This document shows, one piece after another, positions 34,969 through 48,651 of a DNA stretch of 64,000 nucleotides (its first letter is position 1; the number at the start of each line of letters is the position of its first letter). The position numbers were made by a program, and so were the translations under genes. The DNA lies in assembly GCA_030390025.1 (NCBI GenBank), contig CM059432.1:13578001-13642000 (forward strand), in the 5' to 3' direction. The notes under the pieces were generated by a model. The model worked only from the letters and a program-made list of their open reading frames with translations. It ran no database searches and had not been told where the DNA came from. Source of the DNA: Squalus acanthias. Lineage: Eukaryota.

Positions 34969-35759
34969 TAGTTCTCTTGTAAATTTTATTACATCTACCT
35001 TTCGATCCAAAAAAAAATTCTATTCTCAAAAGAAACTCAGGCAAAACTTGAAACGTAATCTGATCTGCCCTTTAAAAAAAAAACAACATGGTGACCCCTG
35101 GAGTTAGAACAGCAAAAAAAATTGCAGGCTGTGGTCCAAGGTTTCATTGCATTAACTGTATGATTTTATTATGTCGCTATGTTAACAAAACGTGACAACT
35201 ATTTTACACACCGTGTTGACCTGAGTGATCAGTTAATTGGTTTCTGGTGGTATTGGTTGAGTGTTGGCCTGGACAATTCCTTTCTCTCCTTCGAATAGCG
35301 CTACATGAATATATAACTGGGACCTCACTCACACGTCTTTTCCAAAGGACAGCAACCTTTGACAACACAGCATTCCCTGCACTACAATCAGCCGAGGACA
35401 GGGTAGTCCCGGCGTTTCTTCATGTGCTACATAGGCGCATACCGTGGTTTCTCGGGGGCCACATTTAAAACTTAAGTCAACGTTCACGTTAATTTACATA
35501 CATCTAAAGTTGCGATACGAATAAATCTTGGCATTCAGATTTAGGATTCATCTACCAATGAGCTACCAGCACTAAGAACCGCCCTTTCCAAACTTCTGGG
35601 CTAATGAAATTCAACCAAGATAAATCAAATAAAAATACAAGTGCAAACAGAGCTGAGTCACCCAGGCTTTGATGGCCAGAACGTCACGGCTCGTGGTCAC
35701 ATGGCCCATCGGCTGCATTTTGAACAGCCCCGACATAAAACAGTTATCAAAACACAAGC

Positions 35760-36516
35760 TTTAAAAGAAAAAAAGACTTGCATTTATATAGCGCCTTTCC
35801 CGACCTCAGGACTTCATTGGCTGTAAAGCGCTTTGGGAAATACTTTAATAAGTGCAGTCACTGTTGTAATGTGGGAAATGCGGCAGCCAATTGCGCACAG
35901 CAAGCTCCCACAAACAGCAAAGTGATAATGACCAGATAATCTGTTTTTGTGATGTTGGTCGAGGATCCCTGATTATAAATCGCTCAACCTTTGGTGGCCG
36001 TGCCTTCTGTGGCCGAGGCCCTAAACTCTGGAATTCCCTGCCTAAATCTCTCCACCTCTCTTTCCTCCTTTAAGACGCTCCTTAAAACCTACCTCTTTGA
36101 CCAAGCTTTTGGTCACCTGCCCTAATTTATCCTTATGTGGCTCGGTGTCAAATTTTGTGTCTTAAAATACTCCTGTGCAGCGCCTTAGGACGTTTTACTA
36201 CATTAAAGGCGCTCTATAAATACAAGTTGTTGTTGTTGTTGTTGTTGATGAGATATAAATATTGACTAGGACACCAGGGGATAACTCCCCATCTCTTTGA
36301 AATAGTGGCATGGGATCGTTTACGTCCACCTTGGAAAGCAGACCTCGGTTTAACGTCTCATCCGAAAGTCCACACCTCCGACAGTGTAGCACTCCCTCAG
36401 CACTGCACTGGAGTGTCAGCTTAGATTTTTGTGCTCAAGTCTTATGGAGTGGGACTTGAACCCACAACCTTCTGACTCAGAGGTAAGCGTGCTACCCACT
36501 GAGCCACGGCTGACAC
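35760..36516 (-). mobile_element. SacSINE1-like SINE split by an L2 3' tail (about 35965-36247, plus strand)
   Basis: SINE tail at 35760-35960 and SINE head at 36248-36516; the inserted L2 tail ends in (GTT)n. Confidence 0.75.
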
Positions 36517-36616
36517 TTAAAATAAATAGATAAATAATAAATGGCAGTTGATATTCTAAGTTGTTAGACTACACTGCCTATATAACAAGTCAGTGCACTT
36601 CAAAAGTAATTCATCC

Positions 36617-36737
36617 TGGAACGGAAATTCCAGTTTCCCGCGCATGCGCAGTGCATGTAGGAAACCGGCACTTCAGGTGGCCTTACAGGCGAGTACACAG
36701 CGCGCACTCACCCGACAAGCGCCGAATTTCTGGCCCA
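36617..36737. mobile_element. Terminal fragment of the 33779-34531 MITE family, inverted
   Basis: Reverse complement of about 33779-33885, ending GAATTTCTGGCCC. Confidence 0.75.
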
Positions 36738-38534
36738 TTGTGTGAAGTGCTTTGAGACATTTGATGATAATATGCAAGTCTTGCATCCTGGAAAATGCTT
36801 TTCTCTTCTTCCAGTAAATCACTAGATGCCTTTATTTTATGTTGATTCAAAAGCAAACTTATTTTAGCCCTTTTACGTATGATCATCTAGTTAATGCAAT
36901 AAGCATAATTAACTTGTCCGTAACATAAGCATCAATGCATTATGCTATTTTCCTGCTGCGTAGAGATTTAAATTTTTCATTACAAAAATCTTACTGAAGT
37001 ACTATTCCGCCCTCCCACCTCCCCCCCATAACACTTAACATATTAAACGAAACAGTTCTTGCTTAAGCCATACACTGTAATTAAGCAACGGGGAATCATC
37101 CTTCAGGAGAACAGGCTGTTACAGAAAACAGCGTTGTTACAACCATGGTTTCAATTACTAACAGCAAAATGAGATTATAAACTGAAACAATCTACCCACT
37201 GACACTTATATATTTACTGATACTGTAGCTCAGCTCATAGTACATTCAATCTCTGGCTACCCGTGAAAACGTGGGGCCATGGTCCTGCCGTCATGACGGG
37301 CGACATTTTAAGCAAGTCAAATGTATGGACTTTGTTATGTCCGAAACTACAGAAACACTAAATGTAAACGCACCCTAGGGTGCAGGAGAACACCGTTCAG
37401 ATTCCTGACTTGGAAATATATCACTGTTCCGTCAAAATCCTGGAGCTGCCTCCCTAAACAGCACTGCGGGAGTACCTTTGCCACACGGACTGCAGCGATT
37501 CAAGAAGGTGGCTCACCACCACCTTCTCAATGGCAATTAGGAATGGGCAATAAATGCTGGCGTTGCCAGCGACGCCACATCCCAGGAACAAATAAAAAAG
37601 TGCTTATGTAACGTTGAATATTTTCTGCAGCTGGTGTAGTTATATTGATGCATTAGAATGTAGTGGGTTCTCCAAATGCTTGTGTTTCATGTATTTTCCA
37701 CCTCCATTCGACAATGGTTTTCTTTTGCCTCCTGAGGTTTTATCACGCTCACAGCATTGCCTGATTAAGTGGCGGCAGAGGCAACATGTTCCGAGAGATT
37801 TTCAATTGAGAATTGACTTGGACATTAGAAGGAATACAAGACTTAACTAAGTTGTTATCTAATTTTCCTAGTTTTTTTTCCCCCCTCACACTCAGGGCCT
37901 CTCCAAACTGGGATCTTAATTGCCCGTGAGGGAAATTATGTAGTGCAGATACGGTCCAACTATTCCACTCCACAGCACATACCAGGACACTGACCACACT
38001 GGAATTCCATTGCAAACTTTAGGCTTCTGTTAGAAGATCTGCTTTTTGAGACGGAAAGATGTGTTGTTGCTGCTAACATTTATCGAGATTGTAGCACCTT
38101 GCAAAGAACTAAAATTGCAAGTCGTGCAAGAAGAAAATTTACACCAGCCCAATTTGAGGTCACAGAATCGACCACAAATTTTCATTATAAATACTTACAT
38201 CATTGCTAACTAATGAAGAGTGACTTACGCCAATGAACCAAAGGTCCGAAAAATAGGACTATACAAAAAGAAGAAAAATAGATCATGCGTATTTTAAAGT
38301 GGCTACACATTCTTAAACTGGTAATCCGATACGCCATTCAATGACGACCTCTGTGCCGTCACTATGCCTGAGCAACATTAAGTCATTGATGAATAAAGAT
38401 TTCCTCCAAATGAGCACTGGGAAGACTGAAGCAGTTATTTTTTTTAGCCCCCACCATAAAACTCCATTCCTTTAACCGCCAACTCTATTCCCCTATCTGG
38501 CCACCTGCGCAGGCTGAACTAGACCATGTAAAAC

Positions 38535-38920
38535 TATATTCCCTGGAGTTTAGAAGAATGAGAGATGATCTCATTGAAACATATAAAATTCTTACAGGGC
38601 TTGACAGAGTAGATGCTGGGAGGAGGATTCCCCCGGCTGGCTGACTCTAAAACTTGGGGTCACAGTCTCAGAATAAAGGGTCGGCCATTTAGGACTGAGT
38701 TGAGGAGAAATTTCTTCACTCGGGGTTGTGAATCTTTGGAATTCTCTACCCCAGAGAGCTATGGATGCTCAGTCGTTGAGCACATTCAAGACAGAGACAG
38801 AGATCGATAGATTTTTAGATACTAAAGAGAATCAAGGGATATGGGGAAAGTGCGGGAAGGTGGAGTTGAGGTAGAAGATCAGCCATGATCTTATTGAATG
38901 GCTCCTATTTCTTATGTTCT
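38535..38920 (+). mobile_element. CR1 LINE 3' fragment
   Basis: Same family as 1871-2470. Confidence 0.85.
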
Positions 38921-39087
38921 TAACTAGGCGTCTTGTTCGTCCCAGAGCTGAGTTTCAAAATCCCACATTGTATTTACTTCCTCATCTACACCTCTACCTC
39001 ACCCCCCACTAAAACCCTTACACATGGTTTTATCACCTCGAGACTCTCGTTCTTCAATATCCTCCTGGCAGCCTTCCATCCTCCACC

Positions 39088-39980
39088 CACTAAGACAAAG
39101 GTCCTCTACCAACCTGCCCCTGCCACACAGTACTGCCCCCCGATTATCAAAATCCACGACAAGGCCTTGGACAACGTGGACCACTTTCATATCTCGGGAG
39201 CCTACTGTCAACAAGGGCAGATGTCAACGACGAAGTCCAACACCGCCTTCAGTGTGCCAGTGCAGCCTTCGGTCGCCTGAGGAAGAGTGTGTTTGAAGAC
39301 CAGGACCTCAAACCCGGCACTAAGCTCATGGTCTACAGAGCAGCAGTGATACCCGCCCTGCTGTATGCCTCAGAGACATGGACCATGTACAACAGGCACC
39401 TCAAAGCACTGAGAGGTACCACCAACGCTGCCTCCGCAAGATCCTGCAAATCCATTGGCAGGATAGGCACACCAACGTCAGTGTTCTCGCTCAGGCCAAC
39501 ATCCCCAGCATCGAAGCTTTGACCACGCTCGATCAGCTCCGATGGACGGGTCGCATTGTCCGCATGCCCGATACGAGACTCCCAAAACAAGCGCTCTACT
39601 CGGAGCTCCGGCACGGCAAGAGAGCCCCAGGTGTGCAGAGGAAATGCTTCAAGGACACCCTCAAAGCCTCCTTGAAAAAGTGTAACATCCCCACCGACAC
39701 CTGGGAATCCCTGGCCCAAGACCACACAAAGTGGAGGAGAAGCATCCGGGAAGGCGCTGAACACTTCGAATCTCTTCGCCGGGAGCAAGCGGAGGCCAAG
39801 CGCAGGCAGCGCAAGGAGCGCACGTCAACCCAAGCACCCCACCCACCCGCCCCTTCAACCACCATCTGCCCCACCTGTGACAGAGACTGTAGGTCCCGCA
39901 TTGGACTCATCAGTCACCTGAGAACTCATTTTTAATGTGGAAGCAAGTCATCCTCGGTTCCGAGGGACTGCCTAAGAAGT
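39088..39980 (+). mobile_element. RTE-clade LINE 3' fragment
   Basis: Same family; ORF 39378-39935 ends in a C2H2-like motif. Confidence 0.88.
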
Positions 39981-40732
39981 AGACTAAACCGAGACTTGGT
40001 TGAAACCCAGCTCTCGGTATCCTATCCCACACGAAGTCCCACTCAACAACAACAACTTGCTTTTATATAGCACCTTTAACTTAAGAAAATGTCCCAAGGA
40101 GCTTCAGAGGAGCGTAACCAGACAGAGATTGACACCGATCCAAAGAGAGAGATCGGGGCAAGTGACTAAAAGCTTGGTCAAAGAGGGAGGTTTTAAAGAA
40201 GAGGTGAAAAAGTTTAGAGGGAATTCCAAAGCCTAGGGCCAAGATGGCTGAAAGCACGGCCACCAATGGTGGGGTAAAGGGCGCGGTGGATGCGGAAGAG
40301 GCCAGAGTTGGAGGAATGCAGAGTTCTGGCGGGCAGGAGGAGGCATCAGACATAGGGAGTGGCGAGGCCATGGAGCGATTTGAACACGAGGATGAGAATT
40401 TTAATTTCGAGGCATTGGTGGGCTGGGAGCCAATGTAGGTCAGTCAGCACAGGGGTGATGAGAAAAAGAGAATGGATGCAAGTTGGAATACGGGCAGAAG
40501 AGTTTCGGATGAGCTCAAGTTTATGTTAGTGCCTATCCTGGGATCTTGTACAGATTTATCATCACTGCCTTTTGTTTTAAATGTCCCAGTATATAAATTC
40601 CAGAATCCCATTTTCCCAATTTACTTGTTGATGAATTGACCAGCCACCATGGCTCATTCATGGGAGCTGAGCTTTCTTCTCCCACTCATCTCCAGATAAC
40701 CCTGCAAACCATGGGCATGATGGTCATAGCTT

Positions 40733-42245
40733 TTATTTTTATTCGTTCATGGGATGTGGGCGTCGCTGGCAATGCCAGCATTTATTGCCCATCCCTAATT
40801 GACCTCGAGAAGGTGGTGGTGAGCCACCTTCTTGAACCGCTGCAGTCCGTGTGGTGAAGGTACTCCCACAGTGCTGTTAGGGAGGGAGTTCCAGGATTTT
40901 GACCCAGCGACGATGAAGGATCGGCGATATACTTCTAAGTCAGGATGGTGTGAGACTTGGAGGGGAACTTGGAGGTGGTGGTGTTCCCATGCGCCTGCTG
41001 CCCTTGTCCTTCTAGTTGGTAGAGGTCGCAGGTTTGGGAGGTGCTGCCGAAGAAGCCTTGGCGAGTTGCTGCAGTGCATCTTGAAGATGGTACACACTGC
41101 AGCCACGGTACGCCGGTGGTGGAGGGAGTGAATGTTTAAGGTGGTAGATGGGGTGCCAATCAAGCGGGCTGCTTTGTCCTGGATGCTGTCGAGCTTCTTG
41201 AGTGTTGGAGCTGCACTCATCCAGGCAAGTGGAGAGTATTCCATCACACTCCTTACTTGTGCCTTGTAGATAGTAGAAAGGCTTTGGGGAGTCAGTAAGT
41301 GAGACACTCACCACAGAATACCCAGCCTCTGACCTGCTCTTGTTGCCACAGTATTTATGTGGCTGGTCCAGTTAAGTTTCTGGTCAATGGTGACCCCCAG
41401 GATGTTGGTGGTGGGGGATTCGGCGATGGTAATGCCGTTGAATGTCAAGGGGCGGTGGTTGTTGGAGATAGTCATTGCCTGGCATTTGTGTGGCGCGAAT
41501 GTTAACTGCCACTTATTAGCCCAAGCCTGAACATCGTCCAGGTCTTGTTGCATGCGGGCATGAACTGCTTCATTATCTGAGGAGTTGTGAATGGCGCTAA
41601 ACACTGTGCAGTCATCAGTGAACATCCCCATTTCTGACCTTATGATGGAGGGAAGGTCATTGATGAAGCAGCTGAAGATGGTTGGGCCTAGGACACTGCC
41701 CTGAGGAACTCCTGCAGCGATGTCCTGGAGCTGTGATGATTGACCTTCAATCACCACAACCATCTTCCTTTGTGCTAGGTATGACTCCAGCCAGTGGAGA
41801 GTTTTCCCCGATTCCCATTGACTTCAGTTTTACTAGGGCTCCTTCATGCCACACTTGGTCAAATGCTGCCTTGATGTCAAGGGCAGTCACTCTCACCTCA
41901 CCTCTGGAATTCAGCTCCTTTGTCCATGTTTGGACCAAGGCTGTAATGAGGTCAGGAGCCGAGTGGTCTTGGCGGAACCCAAACTGGGCATCAGTGAGCA
42001 GGTTATTGGTGAGTAAGTGCTGCTTGATAGCACTGTCGATGACACCTTCCATCACTTTGCTGATGATTGAGAGTAGACTGATGGGGCAGTAATTGGCTGG
42101 ATTGGATTTGTCCTGCTTTTTGTGGACAGGACATACCTGGGCAGTTTTCCACATTATCAGATAGATGCCAGTGTTGTAGCTGTACTGGAACAGCTTGGCT
42201 AGAGGCGTGGCTAGTTCTGGAGCACAAGTCTTCAGCACGACAGCC
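40733..42245 (-). mobile_element. Second CR1/L2-group LINE family, RT region and 3' end
   Basis: PELATPLAKLFQYS...NYCPISLLSIISKVME...QFGFRQDHSAPDL...GVPQGSVLGPTIF...FTDD...VRSVMEYSPLAW. Confidence 0.88.
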
Positions 42246-43301
42246 GGGCAAGAAGCAAGAGGCTTATCTGTGCCATATGCTGGTAAATTGCACAGTTTTA
42301 CTTGGTTTAAGGCTAGCGATACTCTTATGCACAACTAGGGATGCCTAAGCATTTGTTCTTGGCAACCAGCACCTACGTTTTAGGTAAGTGGGGTTTGTCC
42401 CTATGGGAAGAAAAGTTCTACTCTGTATCAAGCGAACAGAAACTCTACTTATGTGCATTTCTCAGTAGCTTGGTTTAGAGATTCTTAAGCATGGCCATGT
42501 GTTTCTACACACGACAGCCACCTGGCTGACCAAAAACAGCAGTCTTTCACTGACCTATCCACTTTAAGTGTTAGCCCTGGAGGCAAGTGCAATGTCTACC
42601 TCTCTGCTTTATACTTTGGCTCTATTCTGCTTCTTGGACATTGACTGTCTGGAACCTTCAGATCCTTTCCCCTCTTCCTCAAGTCCTCTTTTTCCTCCTC
42701 TTCAGGGAAGATAATGATTCATCTCACAAGGAGTCATCCATTGCTTGGAATGTAGGTACATCATTTGTCTACTTGTTGGAGTCATTCATCCATACATATA
42801 AAAATTGGACAGAACGTGGTTGTTCAGAAATACTTGCTTATCTTGAACCAGGCAATGGGTCATGTAGAGCCCTGAATCATTTTTTAATTCACGCCTGTGT
42901 TTTTGAAGAGGGATTTAGCAGACTACCTACCTGCTACAGAGTTATACATCATTGCACCTGTTAATAATATACTTTTACCACTACAGGCCAATAAAGAGAT
43001 AGAGCGCAGCACCAGAAAAGGGAAAAAAGTTTGCCAATACACTTGCAGCATACTCAATCACCTCAAATTTCTCCCACCAAAGACAGACCTGTAACCAAAC
43101 TTTATTATACAGCTCAAAATATTTCCTATATAATTTGGAAGGACAACATTTACAATTGTACCAGGTATTTTTCCACAGTTCAACTGGACTTAAGAGAAAA
43201 TGTCATTATGCTTTACTGAAATCCCAGCAACAGTTAATGGGCTTACCTCATGAGAATGAGAATTTTTTTAACAAAATAATACCAAATGGTAACCCATTTA
43301 C

Positions 43302-43568
43302 CTTTCTCACTCTCAAGTTGTACATGCGGACTGTCTTCAGGCAGTGAGACATTTTGGAGCGGAGACATATCAAGGGATTCCAAAAACGAGACCAGGTTTT
43401 CATGATAGGTGAGCTCTTCAGAGACCGGGAACGATACAATGTTCCAGTGCAGGTGAGTTTCGCCTTCTGTCAGAGCACGGAACAGCGATGGGATGGGTTC
43501 ATGAAGCTCCTCTACTGTACTCTTCGATGTCGGTGGTGTATCGCTGTAGTTCCTGGGATTGCACATTC
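43302..43568 (-). CDS. TWSG1: TWSG1 internal coding exon (267 nt)
   Basis: (G)MCNPRNYSDTPPTSKSTVEELHEPIPSLFRALTEGETHLHWNIVSFPVSEELTYHENLVSFLESLDMSPLQNVSLPEDSPHVQLESEK(E). Acceptor ttcctag, donor gtaaat, phase 1 to 1, in frame with both neighbouring exons. Confidence 0.97.
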
Positions 43569-45858
43569 CTAGGAATTAAAAAAAAAACATTAATATCACA
43601 CTGCTTTTCTATTAGATTTCACGTTTCTTGACGATGCTAGCTCATGATGTAGAATAGTTCCACTGGTATCAGCATTCTTCCAGTACATCAATCAGGTAGC
43701 CATTCTTCATTTGTGGGCCGAGACAGCGAGTGTTCAAATACATCAATGTCCTTCAGAATCAAGGTTGGCCATAATATTCCAAATATGGCCTTATTCATGT
43801 AGAGTTTAACTAAACCTAATTTGACTTAATTAAAAGCCAGTGCTATGCATCTTTGTATTTGATTAGTTTTTAATTCTACAGCACAGGAGTAGGCCATTCA
43901 GCCCCCTGAGCTTGTTCCGCCATTCAATGAGATCCACTCCCCTTGATTCCATAGCCCTCAACACCCTTGGCTAGCAAAAATCTATTGATGGCAGGTTAAA
44001 AATGATTAATTGAGCTAGCATCTGTTGCTTTTTGTGGGAGAGATTTCCACACTTCTACCACCCTTTGCATGAAGAAGTGTTTCCTAACTTCACTCCTGAA
44101 TGGCCTGGGCTATGATTTTAAAATGATGTCCCCTCTCCTAGACTCCCCCACCTAAATCCCTCCTATTGAGCGGGCTACTCGGAGGCAGAAGTTCCTTCTT
44201 GTGATGCCCATAGCCCCCCAATTCCCCTAGCTACCTCCACACAATCACTCTTTCTCTCACACGCATCCACGTCCAGCCCCAGCCTTCTGGGCAATCCTGT
44301 ACCTTCGCTGGATTTGAAGCAGGACGGTGCATACCGAGATCAGAGGAAGGCGAGCTTGCAATCATTTCAGCCACTCGGCCTCATATGGATATTTTCAATC
44401 AATAACCGATAGCCCAGAGCGCGCCTCGTTTCCACTTTGGTCAACGGACACCCGTCCATTGTGTGCATTTCCTGCACCCTAGATGCATCCACATTGAATT
44501 CCACCTGCATTGTAATCCACTTAACTCGTTCTGATTCTGTTGAATGATATTAAACTCCTCTACAACAGTCAGTAGAGAGGGTATGAGAGAACACAAAAGT
44601 TATTTTAATGGGAGACATTAAACAATCAAATATAAACTCGGAAATCCCCACGGTTTTAGAATCAGAGCTGGCATATGAAATGTACAAATATTTTGTGACT
44701 CAGTGCAACCTGTACAACTCTAGTTTGTGTAATCCAGGAAGCAACAAGAGCTTGACCGGATATTCCCAGTGACTAGACAATGTAAAAGAAATGGAAATCG
44801 TAGCACCCCTGGGGACAGCGAAGACAGAATGATTTAAATTTCAATGAACAACTAATGTAAATAGACTGGGGAGGGATTGTTCAACAACCCTGCAGTAAAA
44901 GGATAAGTGAAACACCTTGAAAGTTATTGTGCTCGGCATACAAGGCAAAAACACACAAAAAATCAACACGTTCAGCCTAAACAAATGCGATCCAATGGAT
45001 TATCAAATTAAAAATGACACTAGCAGGAAAAATGACCTCTACAAATCCCGTAGGGAGAAAAGGACTGGGATGAGTATAAGAAAATTCAAAAATACATTAA
45101 AAAATGATCAGAAGGGCAAAGAGAGGCCTAGAGAAAATAACATAGCAGAAGTTAAACTGGCTCAAAACAAATTAATCAGCAAAGGAACAGGAGGAGGCCA
45201 TTTAGCCCCTCGAGCCTGTTCTGCCATTCAATGAGATCATGGCTGATCTGCGACCTAACTCCATATACCCGCCTTTGGCCCATATGCCTTAATATCTTTG
45301 GTTAACAAAAATCTCTCAATCTAAGATTTAAAATTAACAATTGATCTAGCATCAACTGCCATTTACGGAAAAGAGTTCCAAACTTCTACCACCGTTTGTG
45401 TGTAAAGTGTTTCCTAATTTCACTCCTGAAAGGTCTGGCTCTAATTTCTAGACTCTGCCCCCTAGTCCTAGACTCCCCAACCAGAGGAAATAGTTTCTCT
45501 CTATCTACTCTATCTGTTCCCTTAATATCTTGAAAACTTTGATCAAATCACCCCTTAACCTTCTAAATTCCAAGGAATACAACCCTAGTTTGTGTAATCG
45601 CTCCTCGTAATTTAACCCTGGAGTCCAGGTATCATTCTGGTAAATCTGCACTGCACTCCAAGGCCAATATATTCTTCCTAAGGTGTGGTGCCCAGAACTG
45701 CTCTCAGTACTCCAGGTGTGGTCTAACCAGGTCTTTGTATAGCTGCGGCATAACTTCTACCCCCTTGTATTCTAGTCCTCTAGCTATAAAGGCCAGCATC
45801 CCATTAGCCTTTTTGATTATTTTCTGTACCTGTTCATGACATTTTAATGATCTTTGTA

Positions 45859-46212
45859 CAGGAAACTCTTTATTAACCGGCACCCAAATATCCGGAAATC
45901 TCTCTTAACCGGCAAAATTCTTGAGTAGGTAACCGGGGTTTTCCTTCATCTCTCGTTTAAGATTAACTTTAAAAAAAACCCGAGGTGTTTGCCTTGTATC
46001 GGAGCGTGTAGATTGGGAGGGGAATCTGCAGCCCGGGTAGGCAGCGGACACGACAGATGGTCAGCTGGCGGTCCCCGGGGAGACGGAGCTCCGAATGCAG
46101 GCGCATGTCAATGTGTACGGGGCTCTCGTACGTTGGGAGATATAACTCTCCGTTATCCGGACTTTTTGATTAACCGGCACCACGCCGGTCCCGGTTAATA
46201 AAGAGTTTCCTG
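45859..46212 (+). mobile_element. Tigger-derived MITE (354 bp) directly abutting the full-length element
   Basis: TIRs CAGGAAACTCTTTATTAACCGG...CCGGTTAATAAAGAGTTTCCTG, flanked by TA. Its termini match the two ends of 46215-48651 in opposite orientation. Confidence 0.88.
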
Positions 46213-46214
46213 TA

Positions 46215-48651
46215 CAGGAAATTCTTTGGTATCCGGCACCGATGGGACCGGGGTGGTGCCGGTTGAATAAAAATTCCGGATGACGGAGAGGGTTATCTAC
46301 CGAGGCTATTTTTAACCAACAAAAATTAAAAAATCAAGAAATGCGCAGTATACAGTAATTGGGTACTCACCTACAGAATGTTGTGTTAAATGGATGGTGG
46401 AAGATGCTTGATTAAGTACAGTACTGCCAGTTGAGGGTAATCCATAACTCTTTAATTACTTAACAGTAAAACAAAACTTATAAACGACTGTATACAGTAC
46501 TGTAGTTGACTGTACACTTATTCCAAGTCAGCTGGTTCATCAGGAATATCCATGCCAGCTGGGTCATCAGGATCATGCACTTCAACAGATTCCACAGATT
46601 CTTCAGGCACTTCCGCTGCTTCGACTCTTTTGGAAGCTTTCTTAAACATGTTGCGGATGTCGGCTTGCTTAGTGGACTCTTGCCTTTTCTGTAGAAACGT
46701 GGAATGCAGAATATGGAGTTGCATAACTTCTTGGGCAGAGTAGCAAGGCTGCCTTTCAGCAAATTGGAGGATTGAAGCAAATCCTTCTGCAGCTTTAGCC
46801 CTAGAAATCTTCTTCTCTTCAGAAATCTCATCCTCTTCACTTTCCATCTCACTTTCCTTTTCTTTCTTTGGATTCAAAACACTCTCAATTATTTCATCAT
46901 CACTTAGCATATGCACAACAGCAACTTCTCTATCTGCATCAACCCACTGCTCGATATCACTTTCACTGAGGCGACGTAGAGGATTTGCTGGGCCTACATT
47001 TTTCACCATGCAGCCATTTCCATTATTGTACTCTTCTTGGGACGAACATTGAACCCATGAAATTCCCCCTCTGAAGAAGAACCTTCAGCAAACATTACAG
47101 AAGGCCACAATTTGCGCCAGGCTTGCCACAGAGTGTGACGTTTCACCAAGTTCCAGGAACATGCAACATTATAGATGGCATCTTTAATACTGTATTCCTT
47201 CTGAAATGCGTGAATATTGTCATCTTGGTTTATCAGTTTACGTAGGAAGTCTTTCTTGTAATGACACTTCAGATTTTGGATAATGCCCTGGTCCATGGGT
47301 TGTATGAGAGAAGTTACATTTGGTGGCAAATAAATGGTGAAAATATTTCCCGAAACCAACTCAGATTCATGCGGATGGGCTCTACAATTATCAATCAATA
47401 AAATGCATTAGCTATCTTCAGGTTTCCCTAATTTACGGAAATGTTCCCTCACAGATGGAACAAAAATATGATGGAACCAATAGGAGAAGATTTCCTTATC
47501 CATCCAAGCATATTTTTGATCTTTGTACTCAACAGGCAAGTGCCTCACGTTTTTAAATGCACGGGGATTTTTATACTTCCCAATAACAGGAAGTTTAACC
47601 CGGTGTGATCCAGCAGCGTTCGCACATGTTAGCACGGTTACACGATCTTTATTTTTCTTGTAACCTGAAGCATTAGCCTCACTAGCCCCAGCAAGCGTTG
47701 ATTCTGGCAAAAACCTCCAAAACAAGCCAGTTTCAGTTTCATCGGCATTATATATCTGTGCTGGCGACAAATCATGTTGCTGCACAATCCGATTGAAATA
47801 ATCGCAGTATTCTTCTGCGGCATCGTGATCAGCTGATTTCTTCTCCCCGGAAATATCGAGTCGTCGTATCCCGTGCCGTAACTTGAAGCACGTTAGCCAT
47901 CCCTCGGAGAAAGCACACTTGTCAGTGAGCTCCAACCTTACGTAGAAATCCTTCGCTTTCTCGATTAGCATGGGTCCGGAAAGTGGAACACCCTCTGAAC
48001 GCTTAAGAGAAAACCACTCATAAAGCACGGTATCCAGCTCTTCAAGCTTAGGCTTACGAAGCGTACGCCGTTTCTCTACACTCTTACATGTCTCTGAGCT
48101 TGAATAAAACTTGAGCAGCTTATCCTTCTGCGATTTGATGTCGTAGATTGTTGACGAACCGATTTTGAATTCATTCATAATGTTGATACGCTTTTCTCCC
48201 CTTTCTAGTCGTTGGCATATCTCGATTTTCTGTTTTAAAGTCAACACCACGCTCTTCCTTTTGCTTGGACCAGCTTTTGGGAATTCCATAATGCAAGATG
48301 GGGGAGATAATTCACGATAAAGATGGAGAGACACACAGAAAAATGGTGGCTCGGAAGAGACTACCAGCAGCGCGGGAGACACACAGTAAAATGGTGGATC
48401 AGAAGAGACTACCGGCAGCGCGGGAGAATCAGACTCCTGTTATTGTGGTGTTCGGACTTCCCACAGCGCCGGGAAGCCGAGTAGTGGCACTTTAGAGAAC
48501 TACCCCCACTGACTAACTCGGCGTTCGCAGGAGACTTGGACTCAGACTCTGCAACATTGCCGGTTATTGGGGAGGAGTTTTCGGAGTATGAATTTTGCCG
48601 GTTAATAGAGAATTCCGGATATTTAGGTGCCGTTTAAACGAGAGTTTCCTG
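46215..48651 (-). mobile_element. Tigger/pogo DNA transposon, full-length decayed copy (about 2.4 kb)
   Basis: TIRs CAGGAAA...TTTCCTG, TA target sites, and a transposase ORF. Sits inside a CR1 whose sequence resumes at TA|CATGGAC. Confidence 0.93.
46518..48289 (-). pseudogene. Tigger/Jerky-like transposase (CENP-B HTH + DDE_1, DD32D), disrupted
   Basis: [45 protein letters not shown](TE)[18 protein letters not shown] with 32 residues between the last two Asp. In-frame TAA at 47408-47410, frameshift near 47005, 6-bp duplication next to the first catalytic Asp. Confidence 0.92.

Noticed and set aside
34588..35010. 140-aa ORF with an internal peptide repeat (SENSSQITGNVA twice)
   Set aside because: It is a translation of the tandem duplication in a Tigger MITE.
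46518..48382. Domesticated JRK/JRKL/TIGD host gene
   Set aside because: It has TIRs and TA TSDs, lies inside a CR1, and carries a stop, a frameshift and a duplication beside the catalytic Asp.
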